64,000 nucleotides of DNA, taken from positions 1,104,167-1,168,166 of the forward strand of contig CAWGMQ010000011.1 in assembly GCA_963823665.1 (NCBI GenBank). The letters run 5' to 3'. The stretch is from an uncultured Planctomycetota bacterium. Lineage in GTDB: Bacteria; Planctomycetota; Planctomycetia; Isosphaerales; Isosphaeraceae. Positions 24,001 to 36,000 of the stretch are shown here, one piece after another. The position numbers and the translations under genes are program-made. Under the pieces are notes generated by a model that was given only the letters and a program-made list of their open reading frames with translations, was not told the origin of the DNA and ran no database searches. Position 1 is the stretch's first letter, and every line of letters begins with the position of its first letter.

Positions 24001-27000
24001 CGACGGGGTCGCGGCTTTGCCCTTGCTGTCGCCGACACCGGAGGAATCCCCTTCGCTGTCCGCGAAGTTACGCTGCTTGGCGTTCTGGCCGTCGACGGAG
24101 TTGGAATCCTTTGTATCTGAGTTGGGCCCTTCCTCGCTCGTGTTCTCGCTGGATTGCGGCTGACTCGATTCCTGCGTATTGGTCTCCCCGCCGGAGGCGC
24201 TGGCCGTCGCATTGGCGGCGCTGGCGGACGACGCGTTGGCGATGAACGAGACGCCGCCCGAGCCGGTGGCCGTGATGTTCCGCAGGGTGGTCGCGGTGGT
24301 TTGATCGGTGGCGATGTTGAGGGCGATGGCCGCGCCCACGGCGGCGGAGCCCGTGCCCATGGCCGTGCCGCCGGAGGTGCTGCTGGTCGCACTGGTGTGG
24401 GTGGCCGTCGCCGACAGCGATCCCACCGTGAGCGTGCCGCCCGTCCCCACCTCCGCCGTGGTCGTGTTACTGGCGAGCGACAGCGCCACCGCGGGACTGA
24501 CCGCGATCCCACCCGCCGCGCCCGCCTCGGCCGTCGTACTCATCGTATCGAGTGAGGTCGCCGACAGCGACGTCGCCCCGGCCCCGGTCATCATCACGTT
24601 GTCAGCCAGCTCCGCCAGGGCCGTATTGCTGACGATATCCAGTCCCAGCGAGGCGCCGACACCGACCGAGCCGCCGCTGCTGGGGCTGCCGGGCGCCGGC
24701 ATCGCCGACACGGTGGAATTCGCATCTTCCTCGGCCGTCAGCGACACGGCGCCGGTGCCGCCGGAGGTAATTGTCACCGTGGCACCGGACGTGGCCGGTG
24801 GGATGGCGTAGCTCTGACCGATGGTCGCCTGGCTGCTGGCACTCACCAAGTTGATCGCCAGGCCGCCGGCCACGCCGACGTCCGTGCCGCCCGCGCCGGC
24901 GGTCGCCGTGGCGCCGTAGGTGCTGGGCGTCTCGACTCCACTTGCCATCCACTGCTGCGCTCCCACCGTGATGGCACCGGCATTGATTGTCGTCCCGGCG
25001 CCGATGGCACCGAGCGAGCGAGACTTGACCAGGTTCAGCGCCACCGCGGCGCCAACGCTGTCCTTTGCCGTCCCGGACGCCACGCCAGTGGCGGCGGCCG
25101 TGCCGCCGGTGGTGTTCTGCGCGCTCACTGTCAGCGTGCCCGGAGCGGTGATGGTGAGCCCGTCGGGGATCGTGGCGTCGGCTTCACTGTCGGCGAGGTT
25201 CACGCCCACCGCGGCGGCCACCGTCACCGAACCGTCGGACGTCGAGGCCGCCGGGGTCGGTGCGGCGCTCTTGCTGTCGCCGGAGCCGGACGAATCGCCT
25301 TCGCTGTCAGCGAACTTACGCTGCTTGGCGTTCTGGCCGTCGACCGAATTGGAGTCGTTTGTGTCTGAGTTGGCACTTGCTCACTCTTCTCACTGCTACT
25401 CTCGGTGGACTGCGGCTCACTCGACTCGGTGGTGTTCGACGGTCCGCCCGAGGCGCTGGCCGTCGCATTGGCGGCGCTCGACGACGACGCATCGGCGATA
25501 AACGAAACGTTGCCGCCCGTACCGGTCGCGGTGATGCTCCGCAAGGTCGTCGCGGTGGTCTGGTCGCTGGCGAGATTGAGGGCGATGGCGGCGCCCACGG
25601 CGGCGGAGCCGGTGCCGGAGGCGGTGCCGCCCGACGTCGTGGAGGTCGAACTGGTGTGGGTCGCCGTCGCCGAGAGCGATCCCACGGTGAGCGTGCCGCC
25701 GGAGCCGACCTCCGCCGTGGTTGTGTTGCTGGCGAGCGACAGGGCCACGGAGGGACTGACCGCAATGCCCCCGGCCGCGCCTGCTTCGGCCGTGGTGCTC
25801 ATCGAATCGAGCGATGTGGCCGCCAGCGACGTCGCCCTTGCGCCGGTCATCACGACGTTGTTCGCCAGCTCCGCCACAGCCGTATTACTGACGATATCCA
25901 ATCCCAGCGAGGCGCCGACACCGACCGAGCCGCCCGAGGCGCCGCCGGAGGCCGGCATGGCCGAAACCGTCGAATTGGCATCCTCCTCGGCCGTCAGCGA
26001 CACGGCGCCGGTGCCGCCGGAAGTGATCGTCACCGTGGCGCCCGAGGTGGCGGGCGGGCTGGCATAGCTCTGCCCGATGGTCGCCTCGCTGCTGGCACTG
26101 ACCAGGTTAATGGCCAGGGCGCCGGCGAGGCCAACGTCCGTGGCACCCGCGCCGGCGGTCGCTGTGGCGCCGAACGTATTGACCTCCGGCGTGCCCGAGT
26201 CCTGGTGCATGGTGGCACTGAGGGCCACGGACTGGGCGCTGATGGTGGTCCCGGCGCCGATGGTGGCCATGTCGCGGGATTTGACCAGGTTGAGCGCGAC
26301 GGCGGCGCCGACGCCGAGTTTGGCGGTGCCCGCGCCGGTGCCGGAGGCCGTCGCCGTGTCGCCAAAGACCGTGCCGGAGCTGGCCCCGGTGCCATTGGCG
26401 GCGGTGAGGGTCAAGGGGCCGGCCGCGGTGATGGAAAGGCCGTCGGGGATGGTCGCCTCGGCCTCGTTATCGGCGATATTGACGGCCACCGCGGCTGCCA
26501 CCGTGACTCCACCGTCGGAGGTCGAGGCCGTCGGGGTATCGGCGTCACTCGTGCTGCTGCCGGCGTCGGCCTCGTTTCCGTCGGAGTCGGTGTCCGTACT
26601 CGCCTCGCTGTCGGCATAGCTGCGTTCCTCGGCGTCCTGGCCGTCCACGGAGTTGGGATCGCTGGTGTCGGATCCGGAGGCCGCCTCGGAGCTGCTGGCC
26701 GGGCCCGAGTCCGACTCCTGCGACTCCTGGGTGTTGGTCGGACCGCCCGAGGCGCTCGCGGTTGAGGTGACGACACTGGCGGCCGACCCGTCGGCAATAA
26801 ACGATACTCCCCCTCCCGTCGCGTCGAGGGAACGGCCGGTCGTTGCCGTGGTCTTGTCGGTGACGATGGCCAGGGCGATCGCGACGCCCGCCGAGGCCGA
26901 GCTCCCCATGCCGGACGCCGCCCCCGATGTGGTCGACGCCGAACCGATGTGGGTCGCGGTGGCCGAGAATGCGCCGGTGACCGAGAGCGGGTCATTCGAG

Positions 27001-29050
27001 CTGTCCGGGGTCCCGACCTGGGCCTGCGTCGTGTTGGTCACGAGCGTGATGGCCGCCGAAGGGCTGATCGACAACGTTCCCCCCGCCGAGCCCGCCATCG
27101 CGTCCGTGGTGACCGTGTCGCTTGAGCCGGCGGTGAACGTCAGGTTGTCGGCACCGGTCAGTTTAGCCGTGTTCCCGAGATTCGCCAGCGTGGAGTTGCC
27201 GCCGATGTCAAGCGCGATCGACGCGCCGATGCCGCCAGAGCCGGTCCCGGTTGCCCCCGTGCCGGCCGGCTGGGCTGTCGCCGCCTCGGTGGCGCTGTCC
27301 TGCGCGTTGAAAGTCACGCTGCCATTGTTTGCGTGGGTATTGTTCGTGATCGAGACGGTCGAGCCCGATGGGACCGTTGCCGCGCTCGTGTTGGACACGA
27401 TGTTCAGAGCCAGCGAGCCGGCGAGCGCGATTGCGCGCCCGAGGCCCCGGAAGTCGCGGATGCCGAGTCATTGTGAACGTCCGATGGGGACGCCATGGGC
27501 GTGGTTGCCTGAACTGTGATGGCGGGCGACGAGAGGGTGGTCGCGCCGGTCGTGCTTTCGACCGTGGCCGTGTTGCTCTCGTCGGCATCGTTGATCGCGA
27601 CCGCGACGCCCACGCCGGCTTCGGCCTCGCTTGCGGTCGCGTCGCCGCTGGCCACGGTGGTCGTATTGTTGTCTGAGGACGCGCTGATGTTGATGGCACT
27701 CGTGCCCGTGACCGAGGACGAGTCGACGTAGGCCTGGGTCGTCGGCGTGAACCGGCTCACCGCCACGGAACCGGCGACGCTTATTGGAGAGCCGTCCGAC
27801 TCGGCCGTGTCGGCGGGCGCGGATACGTCGGTGGAGAGCAGGCCTGTCGGCGGTTCGGGGCTTCCTGCCGCGGTGTAGTATGGGTCGAGGTGCCCCTTGA
27901 GGATGTTTTCAACCTGAGTGAGAATGCTGGAGCCGGCGCCGGCGATCGTCGAGCTGGCGGTCGTGGCGGCCGTGTTGGTTGTCGTGGCCGTGACATTGAC
28001 CGTGGCGCCCTTCACGGTTGAGCCGCCGGCGACATCGGCCTGGCTGGTGGTGTTGTCGACCGTCACGGCGGCGCTCGCCCCGCCGATACCGCTCGAGCCG
28101 TTCACGTCCGTCGTCACATTGGTGGTGTTGGTCGAGGTCACGTTCAGCGTGCCGGTGCCGGTGCCGGCGCTCACGGTCGAGCCGCTCACGCTCGTGACCG
28201 CCGACGAGTTGACGATCGAGGTGGCGATCGCCGCGGCCACCGGGTTGAGGCCATCCAGCCCGACCGTGACGTTGGCCGTGATCGAGACACTCGAGCTGGA
28301 CCCGATCGTGACATTCCCGCTGGTCTTATTGACGTTGATCGTAGACTCAGCAACCGTGACCGCCGCGCTCGGCTCGATGTCGGCGATCGAGGCGGCGATC
28401 CCCACGTCGTTGACGACTCCCCCGAGGGGGGCGGTGTACGTGTAGGTTGAGCTCGCACTCGCATCAAGCGTGACGTTGTCTGCCGTGATGGACGTCGTTC
28501 CCGTTCCGCCGATACTGAGGGAGGCCACCGGCGCCGACGATGCGATCAGCGTACTCGTCGGCAAGGTCGCCTCGAAGGCCGTCACGTCCACGTCGCCTGA
28601 CGTCGCGTCGATCGTGACGTCGCTGATGGTCACCGAGGTGACGCCGGAGACACTCAAGGCGGGCGTGCCCGATGCCGCATCCAGAGTGATCGTGCCGCCG
28701 GTGCCCCCGAACGTGACGCTCTGGTCGGGATCGTCCTGGCTCGAGGTGTTGGCACCGAGCACGACGATCGTGTTGACCCCGGCGAACGAATGGCTCATAA
28801 AGGCGGTGCCGACGACGGAAATGGATGAGCTCGACGGGGTGATCGTGGCCTGGTCATTGGCGGCCGACAGATTCACATCGAGCGCAGTCCCCGAGAGGCT
28901 CGCGGTCACACTGAGGAGCGTGCGGCGTTCGAGCTCCTGGAGCAGCAGGTCAGGCGATGTTCTGGGTCGACGCCTGATCGGGGAGCCTGGCCGAGCCCCG
29001 TTGCCTGGCGTCCGCTTCGCTCCCGAACGCCGGAACCACTTGCTATACAT
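1..29050 (-). CDS. Giant surface protein A (LEPRxLL/Planctomycete-extracellular leader; leukotoxin LktA/FHA-like beta-helical adhesin with Ig-like, parallel beta-helix and choice-of-anchor-Q modules); 3' end outside the window; apparently frameshifted
   Basis: Ten minus-strand ORFs (27404-29059, 25224-27398, 22441-25227, 20580-23171, 20033-20575, 14781-20264, 13495-14814, 8426-13549, 5078-8341, 2556-5129) plus an open frame from ~2570 to base 1 join into one continuous protein style. The joins need 9 small frameshifts (~27435, 25375, 23145, 20605, 20155, 14845, 13700, 5230, 2572) and one in-frame TGA (8426-8428). ATG at 29050 has GGAG 8 nt upstream. LQELERRTLLS follows an Arg-rich N-terminus. 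Confidence 0.8.
100..1560 (-). repeat. Parallel beta-helix + Gly-rich + choice-of-anchor-Q module in gene A; a further copy starts at ~70
   Basis: The module starts IYVNSANTGTADGSTPATGYTTIQSAIDAA (~1560) and restarts as IYVNSANTSGTDNGSTPATGYT at ~70. It ends YGGPTETIALLSGSLALGAG...DGRGFTRP...VDVGAFEQ. Confidence 0.7.
2985..4810 (-). other. Polymorphic-membrane-protein-like GGG[ILV] beta-helix repeats ending in a choice-of-anchor-Q domain (within gene A)
   Basis: VTNTNDSGPGSLRAAI start; many TLTNCTVSGNxAxxGGG repeats; YYGGPTETMPL...DQRG..RILNGTVDIGAYE end. Confidence 0.75.
16850..19830 (-). repeat. Seven copies of a ~55-aa GLxTGxxVxYxxxGGxxIGGLxxGxxYYV..IxLA repeat (E1-FCCH-like / phage-structural-protein-like) in gene A
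   Basis: Counted directly in the 14781-20264 translation. Confidence 0.75.
23900..27300 (-). repeat. Three tandem ~1.25-1.3 kb internal units of gene A with acidic Ser/Glu/Asp loops
   Basis: DNA ttacgctgcttggcgttctggccgtc at ~24068 and ~25316, with a related copy at ~26630; protein SVDGQxA..R.[FY]ADSE..STSDGxVTVAAAV. Confidence 0.8.
28910..28942 (-). other. LEPRxLL-type (Planctomycete extracellular, PF07595-like) N-terminal motif of gene A
   Basis: LQELERRTLLS after the basic leader MYSKWFRRSGAKRTPGNGARPGSPIRRRPR. Confidence 0.85.
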
Positions 29051-29386
29051 CGGTGCCACTCCATGTTGTGGTGCAAATTCTCAAACCTTGAGCAGGCGCA
29101 GTCGCTCAAGCTGATCACTGACCGCGCGGACCATTCGTTTCAAACATCGGCGACCAGGCGGCCTGAAGAGCCTCGCTGGCTCTCCACGCCCCGGACACGT
29201 TCAGGGTGAGTCGTTTTGCGTGAAAGCGGGTTGCGCGAGGACCGCTGCCCCACACGTGGCGCACAGCGATCCGGCACGCGCCCGTGCCTGTCTCGGCAGC
29301 GCCGCAGTTCACGTGACTCTCAAGTCGTCAACTGCTGGGCCGTCTACGACCCGAAGAGCCGCATCGTCAACTTCACATCACTGTGG

Positions 29387-29581
29387 TCATACGCTTCTCA
29401 GTGCATCGATAACAGCATCGGTGTCGCTCTTCTTTCCAACGGGGTGTGGTTCTAAATTCCGTGCGTGTAGGTCATGCACTCTTTGCTCGGACAGCTCCGC
29501 GAGCGCTCGGTGATCGGCAGCCCGGAGCTGCTCGATCAGGTGGACCATTCCACTGCGCGGGTCGCCCATGATCTTGCCCAT
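29387..29581 (-). pseudogene. Remnant of the N-terminus of a Planctomycete-type ECF sigma-70 factor
   Basis: MGDPRSGMVHLIEQLRAADHRALAELSEQ resembles the LLxRLRxGDxxALxELF start of plancto ECF sigma factors (TIGR02984-like). Similarity is lost after ~25 residues and there is no region 2 or region 4. Confidence 0.45.
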
Positions 29582-30092
29582 AACCTATGACTGGCGCACG
29601 GCCGCCAGTTCGAGACAAGAAAAATCGAATCTCCACCAAAGATTTTCTGGGCGTCCGTGAAATCGGGCCGAAGTGTTCTGCGTTTCGCAGGTTATGGCGA
29701 CCAAGGGATCGTCCGAGCACGGAAATCCTGCCGGTCGACTTCGCACCGCGGCGCCGGGCCATTCACGAGCGCGGGAAACTCTTGCCTCCACCAGCTTGGC
29801 GTTTCTCCAGGTGTCGGACAGCGACGATCGATGCGCGTTCGTTCGCTCGCTGTACCTAACGCGACGAACCGGCGCCAAACCCCTCACGCGTTAAAAAATT
29901 TTTCAGGAAATCGCGGAATCGCCCCGGACCTTCAACTCGGCATCGAACCAGGTGTGGGCGTAAGTCCCGTGGCGCTCAGCCGTTGCCGCGAGGCTTTCAT
30001 GACCTCGGCGATCTCGGCCCCTGCGCGGAACCCCGCGCTGCGGAGTGCTCCATTCCGGGCTCCGCATGCGGCGATCCGCCATCCCGCCAGAT

Positions 30093-33000
30093 CTATCCCA
30101 AAAGGGATTTCCGGCCCTTCGACTTGCCGGCCATTTGTTCGAGCGCCAGGTCATAGACCAACTGCCCAAACACATCGGTGGCATTCGCAGCCGGCGGCAC
30201 CGCGACATCGTCCGGACGGAATCCGCCGATCCGATTGTTGACAGGGCGATTGAGTGCACTTGAGAGCGCTTCGTCGACCGCAGCCAGGCTGCTCGCCAAC
30301 GAACTCGAGGGATGCACGCTCGCAGCGGAAACATCCGATTGAGCCGCTGCCGCATCATCCGGGGAGCTCGAGCTCGATCCGTTGCCTTGCCCCTGGAACG
30401 ACGTAGCGGCAAGGGCGCTCATTGTTTCGGAGACAGGCGGCGGGTCGGGATCGAAGAATAGTCCGCTCAGCACTGCATTGGGGCCGGCCGTCCGCGTGAA
30501 CGTGATCAGCACGTTCCCCGATATCGTCCAGGTCAGATACTCTCCACTCGCGAAATTCGACACACTCTGCGTATTCAGCACGGCACTCGTATTGGCGTCG
30601 GAGAGCGTCACAGTCTCCGCGCGGTGCGACGCGTCGTAGTCAAGGAAATAGAGCTCGAGGTTGTAAGCCTGGCCGGAGGCCACGTTCACATCGACCGTGA
30701 AGCTCGTGGCCGAATCCCAGACAGCCGCAACACGACTCGTCCCGGACGGCGGTACCTGAAGCGCCTGCCGGGTTGACGGCGACGGCGTCGACCACGTGTA
30801 TTCCGACTCCCCCGACGGCGTGATCGTGGCATGGGCCGGATTGACCACGCTGCTGGCGACCAGGGTATACCCATCCAATCCGTAGACGTTGATCCAGTTC
30901 CCCTGAGTCGAGGTATCGGAGCCGACAAAACTCGCCGTGGCCGAACCAGGAGGCGGAGGTGGCGGAGGTGGTGGCGGCGGCGGAGGTGGCAAAGTCGTCG
31001 TGGGATCGAAGAACAGCCCGCTCAGCACCGCATTGGGGCCGGCCGTCCGCGTGAACGTGATCAGCACGTTCCCCGATATCGCCCAGGTCAGATACTCTCC
31101 GCTCGCGAAATTCGACACACTCTGCGTATTCAGCACGGCACTCGTATTGGCGTCGGAGAGCGTCACAGTCTCCGCGCGGTGCGACGCGTCGTAGTCAAGG
31201 AAATAGAGCTCGAGGTTGTAAGCCTGGCCGGAGGCGACGTTCACATCGACCGTGAAGCTCGTGGCCGAATCCCAGACAGCCGCAACACGACTCGTCCCGG
31301 ACGGCGGTACCTGAAGCGCCTGCTGGGTTGACGGCGACGGGGTCGACCACGTGTATTCCGACTCCCCCGACGGCGTGATCGTGGCATGCGCCGGATTGAC
31401 CACGCTGCTGGCGACCAGGGTATACCCATCCGATCCGTAGACGTTGATCCAGTTGCCCTTCGTCGAGGTATCGGAGCCGACAAAACTCGCCGTGGCCGAA
31501 CCAGGAGGCGGAGGTGGCGGAGGTGGTGGCGGCGGCGGAGGTGGCAAAGTCGTCGTGGGATCGAAGAACAGCCCGCTCACCACCGCATTGGGGCCGGCCG
31601 TCCGCGTGAACGTGATCAGCACGTTCCCCGATATCGCCCAGGTCAGATACTCTCCACTGGCGAAATTCGACACACTCTGCGTATTCAGCACCGCACTCGT
31701 ATTGGCGTCGGAGAGCGTCACAGTCTCCGCACGCCCCGAGGCGTCGTAGTCAAGCAGATAGAGCTCGAGGTTGTACTCCTGGCCCGTGGCCACGTTCACA
31801 TCGACCGTGAAGCTCGTGGCCGAATCCCAGACAGCCGCAACACGACTCGTCCCGGACGGCGGTACCTGAAGCGCCTGCCGGGTTGACGGCGACGGCGTCG
31901 ACCACGTGTATTCCGACTCCCCCGACGGCGTGATCGTGGCATGCGCCGGATTGACCACGCTGCTGGCGACCAGGGTATACCCATCCGATCCGTAGACGTT
32001 GATCCAGTTCCCCTGAGTCGAGGTATCGGAGCCGACAAAACTCGCCGTGGCCGAGCCAGGTGGCGGAGGTGGCGGAGGTGGCGGCGGCGGCGGAGGTGGC
32101 AAAGTCGTCGTGGGATCGAAGAATAGTCCGTTCAGCACCGCATTGGGGCCGGCCGTCCGCGTGAACGTGATCAGCACGTTCCCCGATATCGCCCAGGTCA
32201 GATACTCTCCGCTCGCGAAATTCGACACACTCTGCGTATTCAGCACCGCACTCGTATTGGCGTCGGACAGCGTCACTGTCTCCGCACGCCCCGAGGTGTC
32301 GTAGTCAAGCAGATAGAGCTCGAGGTTGTACTCCTGGCCCGGGGCCACGTTCACATCGACCGTGAAGCTTGTGGCCGAATACCAGACAGCCGCAACACGA
32401 CTCGTCCCGGACGGCGGTACCTCGAGCGCCTGCTGGGTTGACGGCGACGGGGTCGACCACGTGTATTCCTGCTCGCCGGCCGGCGTAATCGTGGCATGGG
32501 CCGGATTGACCACGCTGCTGCCGACCAGGGTATACCCATCCGATCCGTAGACGTTGATCCAGTTCCCCTTCGTCGAGGTGTCGCTGTTGACGAAGACCGC
32601 CGACGCACCGGTCGCCGTGATCACGCCCGTCGAGACGGAGACGAAATTGTAGGCGTAGTTGTGTCCCGAGTTTCCGTCGGTGACCGTGCCGCTGGGCGTG
32701 AGCGTGAGGCCCGTGCCCGGGCTCGAGGTGTTGTAGGTCTCGATAAAGTTCGCCGTATCACCAAGGGCGACGCTGCCAACCGTGATCGTCGGAATTGCCG
32801 CAGCCGAGGTTGTTCCGTCCTGGACCTTGGTGTTGGTCACCGCGGTCACTGTAAGCGCCCGAGCCGAGATGGTGCCAGTCGAGACCGCCACGAATATGTA
32901 CGTGTAGTCGTTGCCGGAGAAGCCGTCGTTCACCGTTCCGGCGGGGGTGAGCATCAAGCTCGTGCCCACGTTCTTGGTGCTGTAGCTCTCCGTGAAGCTC

Positions 33001-36000
33001 GGCGTGTCAGTGCCTTGAATGACACCCGAGGTGACCGTCGGCGGCGTCGCGGCAGCCATGGTGCCGTCATAAGTCTTGGAGTTGGCCGCGGCGGTCACCG
33101 TGAGCGCCCGAGCGATGATGACTCCGGTCGAGACCGGAACGTAGTTGTACGAATAATTGTTGCCCGAGTTGCCGTCGCTCACGAGCCCACCGGGCGTGAG
33201 AGTCAACCCGGTACCCACGTTCTTGGTGCTGTACGTGTCGGTGAAATTGGCGGTGTCACCGGGCATCACGGTGCCGGCGGTGATCGTCGGCAACACCGCG
33301 GCGTCGGTCAATGCGTTATAGACCTTGCTGTTGTACACCGCGGTGATCGTGAGCGCCTCTTGCGAGATCGTGAAGTTCTTGGTATCGCTCGCCGTCGCGT
33401 AATCAGTGCTCCCGGGGAATGTGGCAACGACCGTGTAAGTTCCGAAGTTGCGCGGCGCGGAGCTGCCCAGATTCGTTCCGCCGGTCCCGATCCCCACGTA
33501 ATAATCAAAACTGATGCCGATTCCTTGCAGCGTGTTGTCGGGAGACCCGTCGCTGGGTGTGATGGTGGCGGATGCCATGAACGGCGACCCGGTATAGGTG
33601 TTGCTCGCATCCGTCACATGCACCGTGGGCGCGGCTGCGGCCGCGTTCACCGTGATCGTGGTGCTCGTGGCGTCGTTCGTGATCACGCTGCCCCACGGGT
33701 CGCCGCTGGGCAAAGCCGAAGCCGTCAGCGTGTACACCCCGTTGTGGGTGATGCTCAGGTCGGTGAACGTCGCAATGCCGGCCGTGGCATTGATCGGGTA
33801 CGTGCCCGAAAGCGTCCCGATGCCCGAGCTCACGTTCAGGACCAGATTGACTTGCGAGCCCGGCACGGTCGTGCTGTCGAAGTTGATGCCGAGATTGCCC
33901 GAGGCATCTTCGGCTTTCACCTCCGGCTGCTGGGCGAACTCCATGCCGAAGCCGGCCGTCGACGACGGCTCGATCGCAAACGCCAGCTTCGTGGGTACCG
34001 CGTAGAGCTCGCTCACGGTCGGATCGAAGCCGGGACCACCCCCCGAAGTATAGACACCGATCCACGGCGTGAAGCTCACGTTGGACGACACGGCCGTGCC
34101 GTTGCCGCCCGGGTTGGCGGACGTGGTCGGGCCATGCAAGCTGCCCCACCAGTTGTCGGTGGCGTTCACGGCGTCCGCAACGGCGGTTCTCGTTATTGGT
34201 CACGCCCGCCGTCGTGTTGCCCGAGAGGTCGTTGTATTGCGCCGTGACCAGGCTCGTATCCAGGGCGCCCGAGCCGACCATGATGCCGGTGGCGTTGCCG
34301 GTGATGGCGTTGTTCGTGATCGTGGCCGAGTCGCCGTACTCGACCAGGATACCGGTGCCATCGTCGCTGATCGAGTTTCCGCTGATGGTTATGTCCTGGT
34401 CCACTCCGCCCGGGAGGTTGTAGTAATTCCCAAACAGGCCGATGCCGCCGTTGGTGCCACTGATCGTGTTGCCGGCCCCGGCTGACGTCCCGCCGATCGT
34501 GACTCCGTTGTCGCCGCCGGCCAGAGCGAGCCCGGTATAGGAGCCGCCGGTAATCGTGTTACCGGTGATCGACGAATTGGTCAAAGCCAGGACATACATC
34601 CCGCCAGCGTCGGCGCCTCCGACAATCTGGTTGTTGGAGATGGTGTCGTCGTTATTGACCTCGGGTCCGCCCGTGCCGAAGGTGATTGCGTTGTCGACGA
34701 ACTTGTTGCTGTCGATCGTCAAGTTCGCCGAGCCCTGGTCCAAGTAGATGCCGTTGTCTGCGGCAGGGCCGCCCAGCGTGTTGTCTTTAATGAGGTTGTA
34801 CTGGATCAATGAGGGCAACGCGCCGCTGCTATTGGCATACAAACCCATGTTATTATTCTGAACGATGTTGTAAACGATCTGGTAACCCGAAATCGTCGAC
34901 GGCAGATAGATTCCGGCATTCAAGTCGTCGGTGACCCCTTGAATGGTGAAGCCGTTGATCGTGACATCATTTGCCTGGACCAAGAAATCGAAGTCGGGAC
35001 CGTTGACGACCGACTCTGCGCTTCGCGAGCCGGTGACCGGGTTCACACCCGCATTGGCCCCGTCGAGGATCACAGGCTGACTGATCGTCACGTCACCAGC
35101 GTAGTCGATCGCCCCTCCCTGGACGTACACCGTGTCACCGCTGCCGGCCACGTTGACCCCGCGCTGGATCGCGCCGGCGTTCGCGGCTTCGCTGCTCTGG
35201 GCGACGAAGACGGGGTCGCTCTTGAGGCTGACGTAGCCGAGCGTGGGATCGTCGAGGTAGTCGGTGATCTTGTCTTCGATGTCAAAGTAGGTGGCGAGGT
35301 CGGCGGGGATGGTCGGGTCACCGGTGGCGCCGACGAAGCCGTCGAAGCTGACCTGGCTGGCGTCGAGCGTACTGGGTGTCACGCCGCCCATCGCCCCGCT
35401 CGCCAGGACGATGTATTCGGATAATCCACCATCCGCGGCCGGACCGCCGGTCAAGTACGCCGGAAGGGTCCCGCTGAAGGCGACGCTGGCCGCCGATCCG
35501 CTGGCCTCGATGCCCGTGACCGTCGCTCCGTCGGTCGCACTGATGGTCGTATCGCCTTCGATCGTTGCGAAGACGCTCGGGTCGGTGCCGCTAAGTGGGT
35601 CGTCCTGCACGTACACGCCGATCTGGCTGGCGGTGATCGAAAGGCCGTCGACTGTCACCTGGGTGGACGCGCCGGCGTCGCTCGGGCCATAGCCGGCATA
35701 GTTGTTCACCCACACGCCGTAATCCGCGCCGCTAACCGATCCGCCGCTAATGAGCAGCGATCCCGTTGTGGGCGTATTCCAGACGGTGTAACCAGCAACG
35801 ACGTTCGACGTCGTGTAGGTCGCATCGGTGCCGTCGATCTGGTTATCGCTGAAGGTCGCGCTAACGCCGCCTTGCTGCGAGCTGATCAAGACTCCGGTCC
35901 AGTAGCGGGACAAATCGCTCGGATCGTCGGTGGCGCTTGCGTTGATTGTGTTTCCGGACACGGAGAAGGGCGATGCTGCGTCGTAGTTCAGATTGTAGAA

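Noticed and set aside
29585..30412. ORFs 29657-30241 (+), 29903-30412 (-) and 29585-29887 (-)
   Set aside because: Overlap the gene B tail or spacer, have low-complexity Arg/Pro composition and no recognisable family
30445..32605. Regular repeats as a CRISPR array or DGR template/variable repeat pair
   Set aside because: The period is 555 nt, in frame and coding; no unique spacers, cas gene or reverse transcriptase, and no obvious adenine-specific variation
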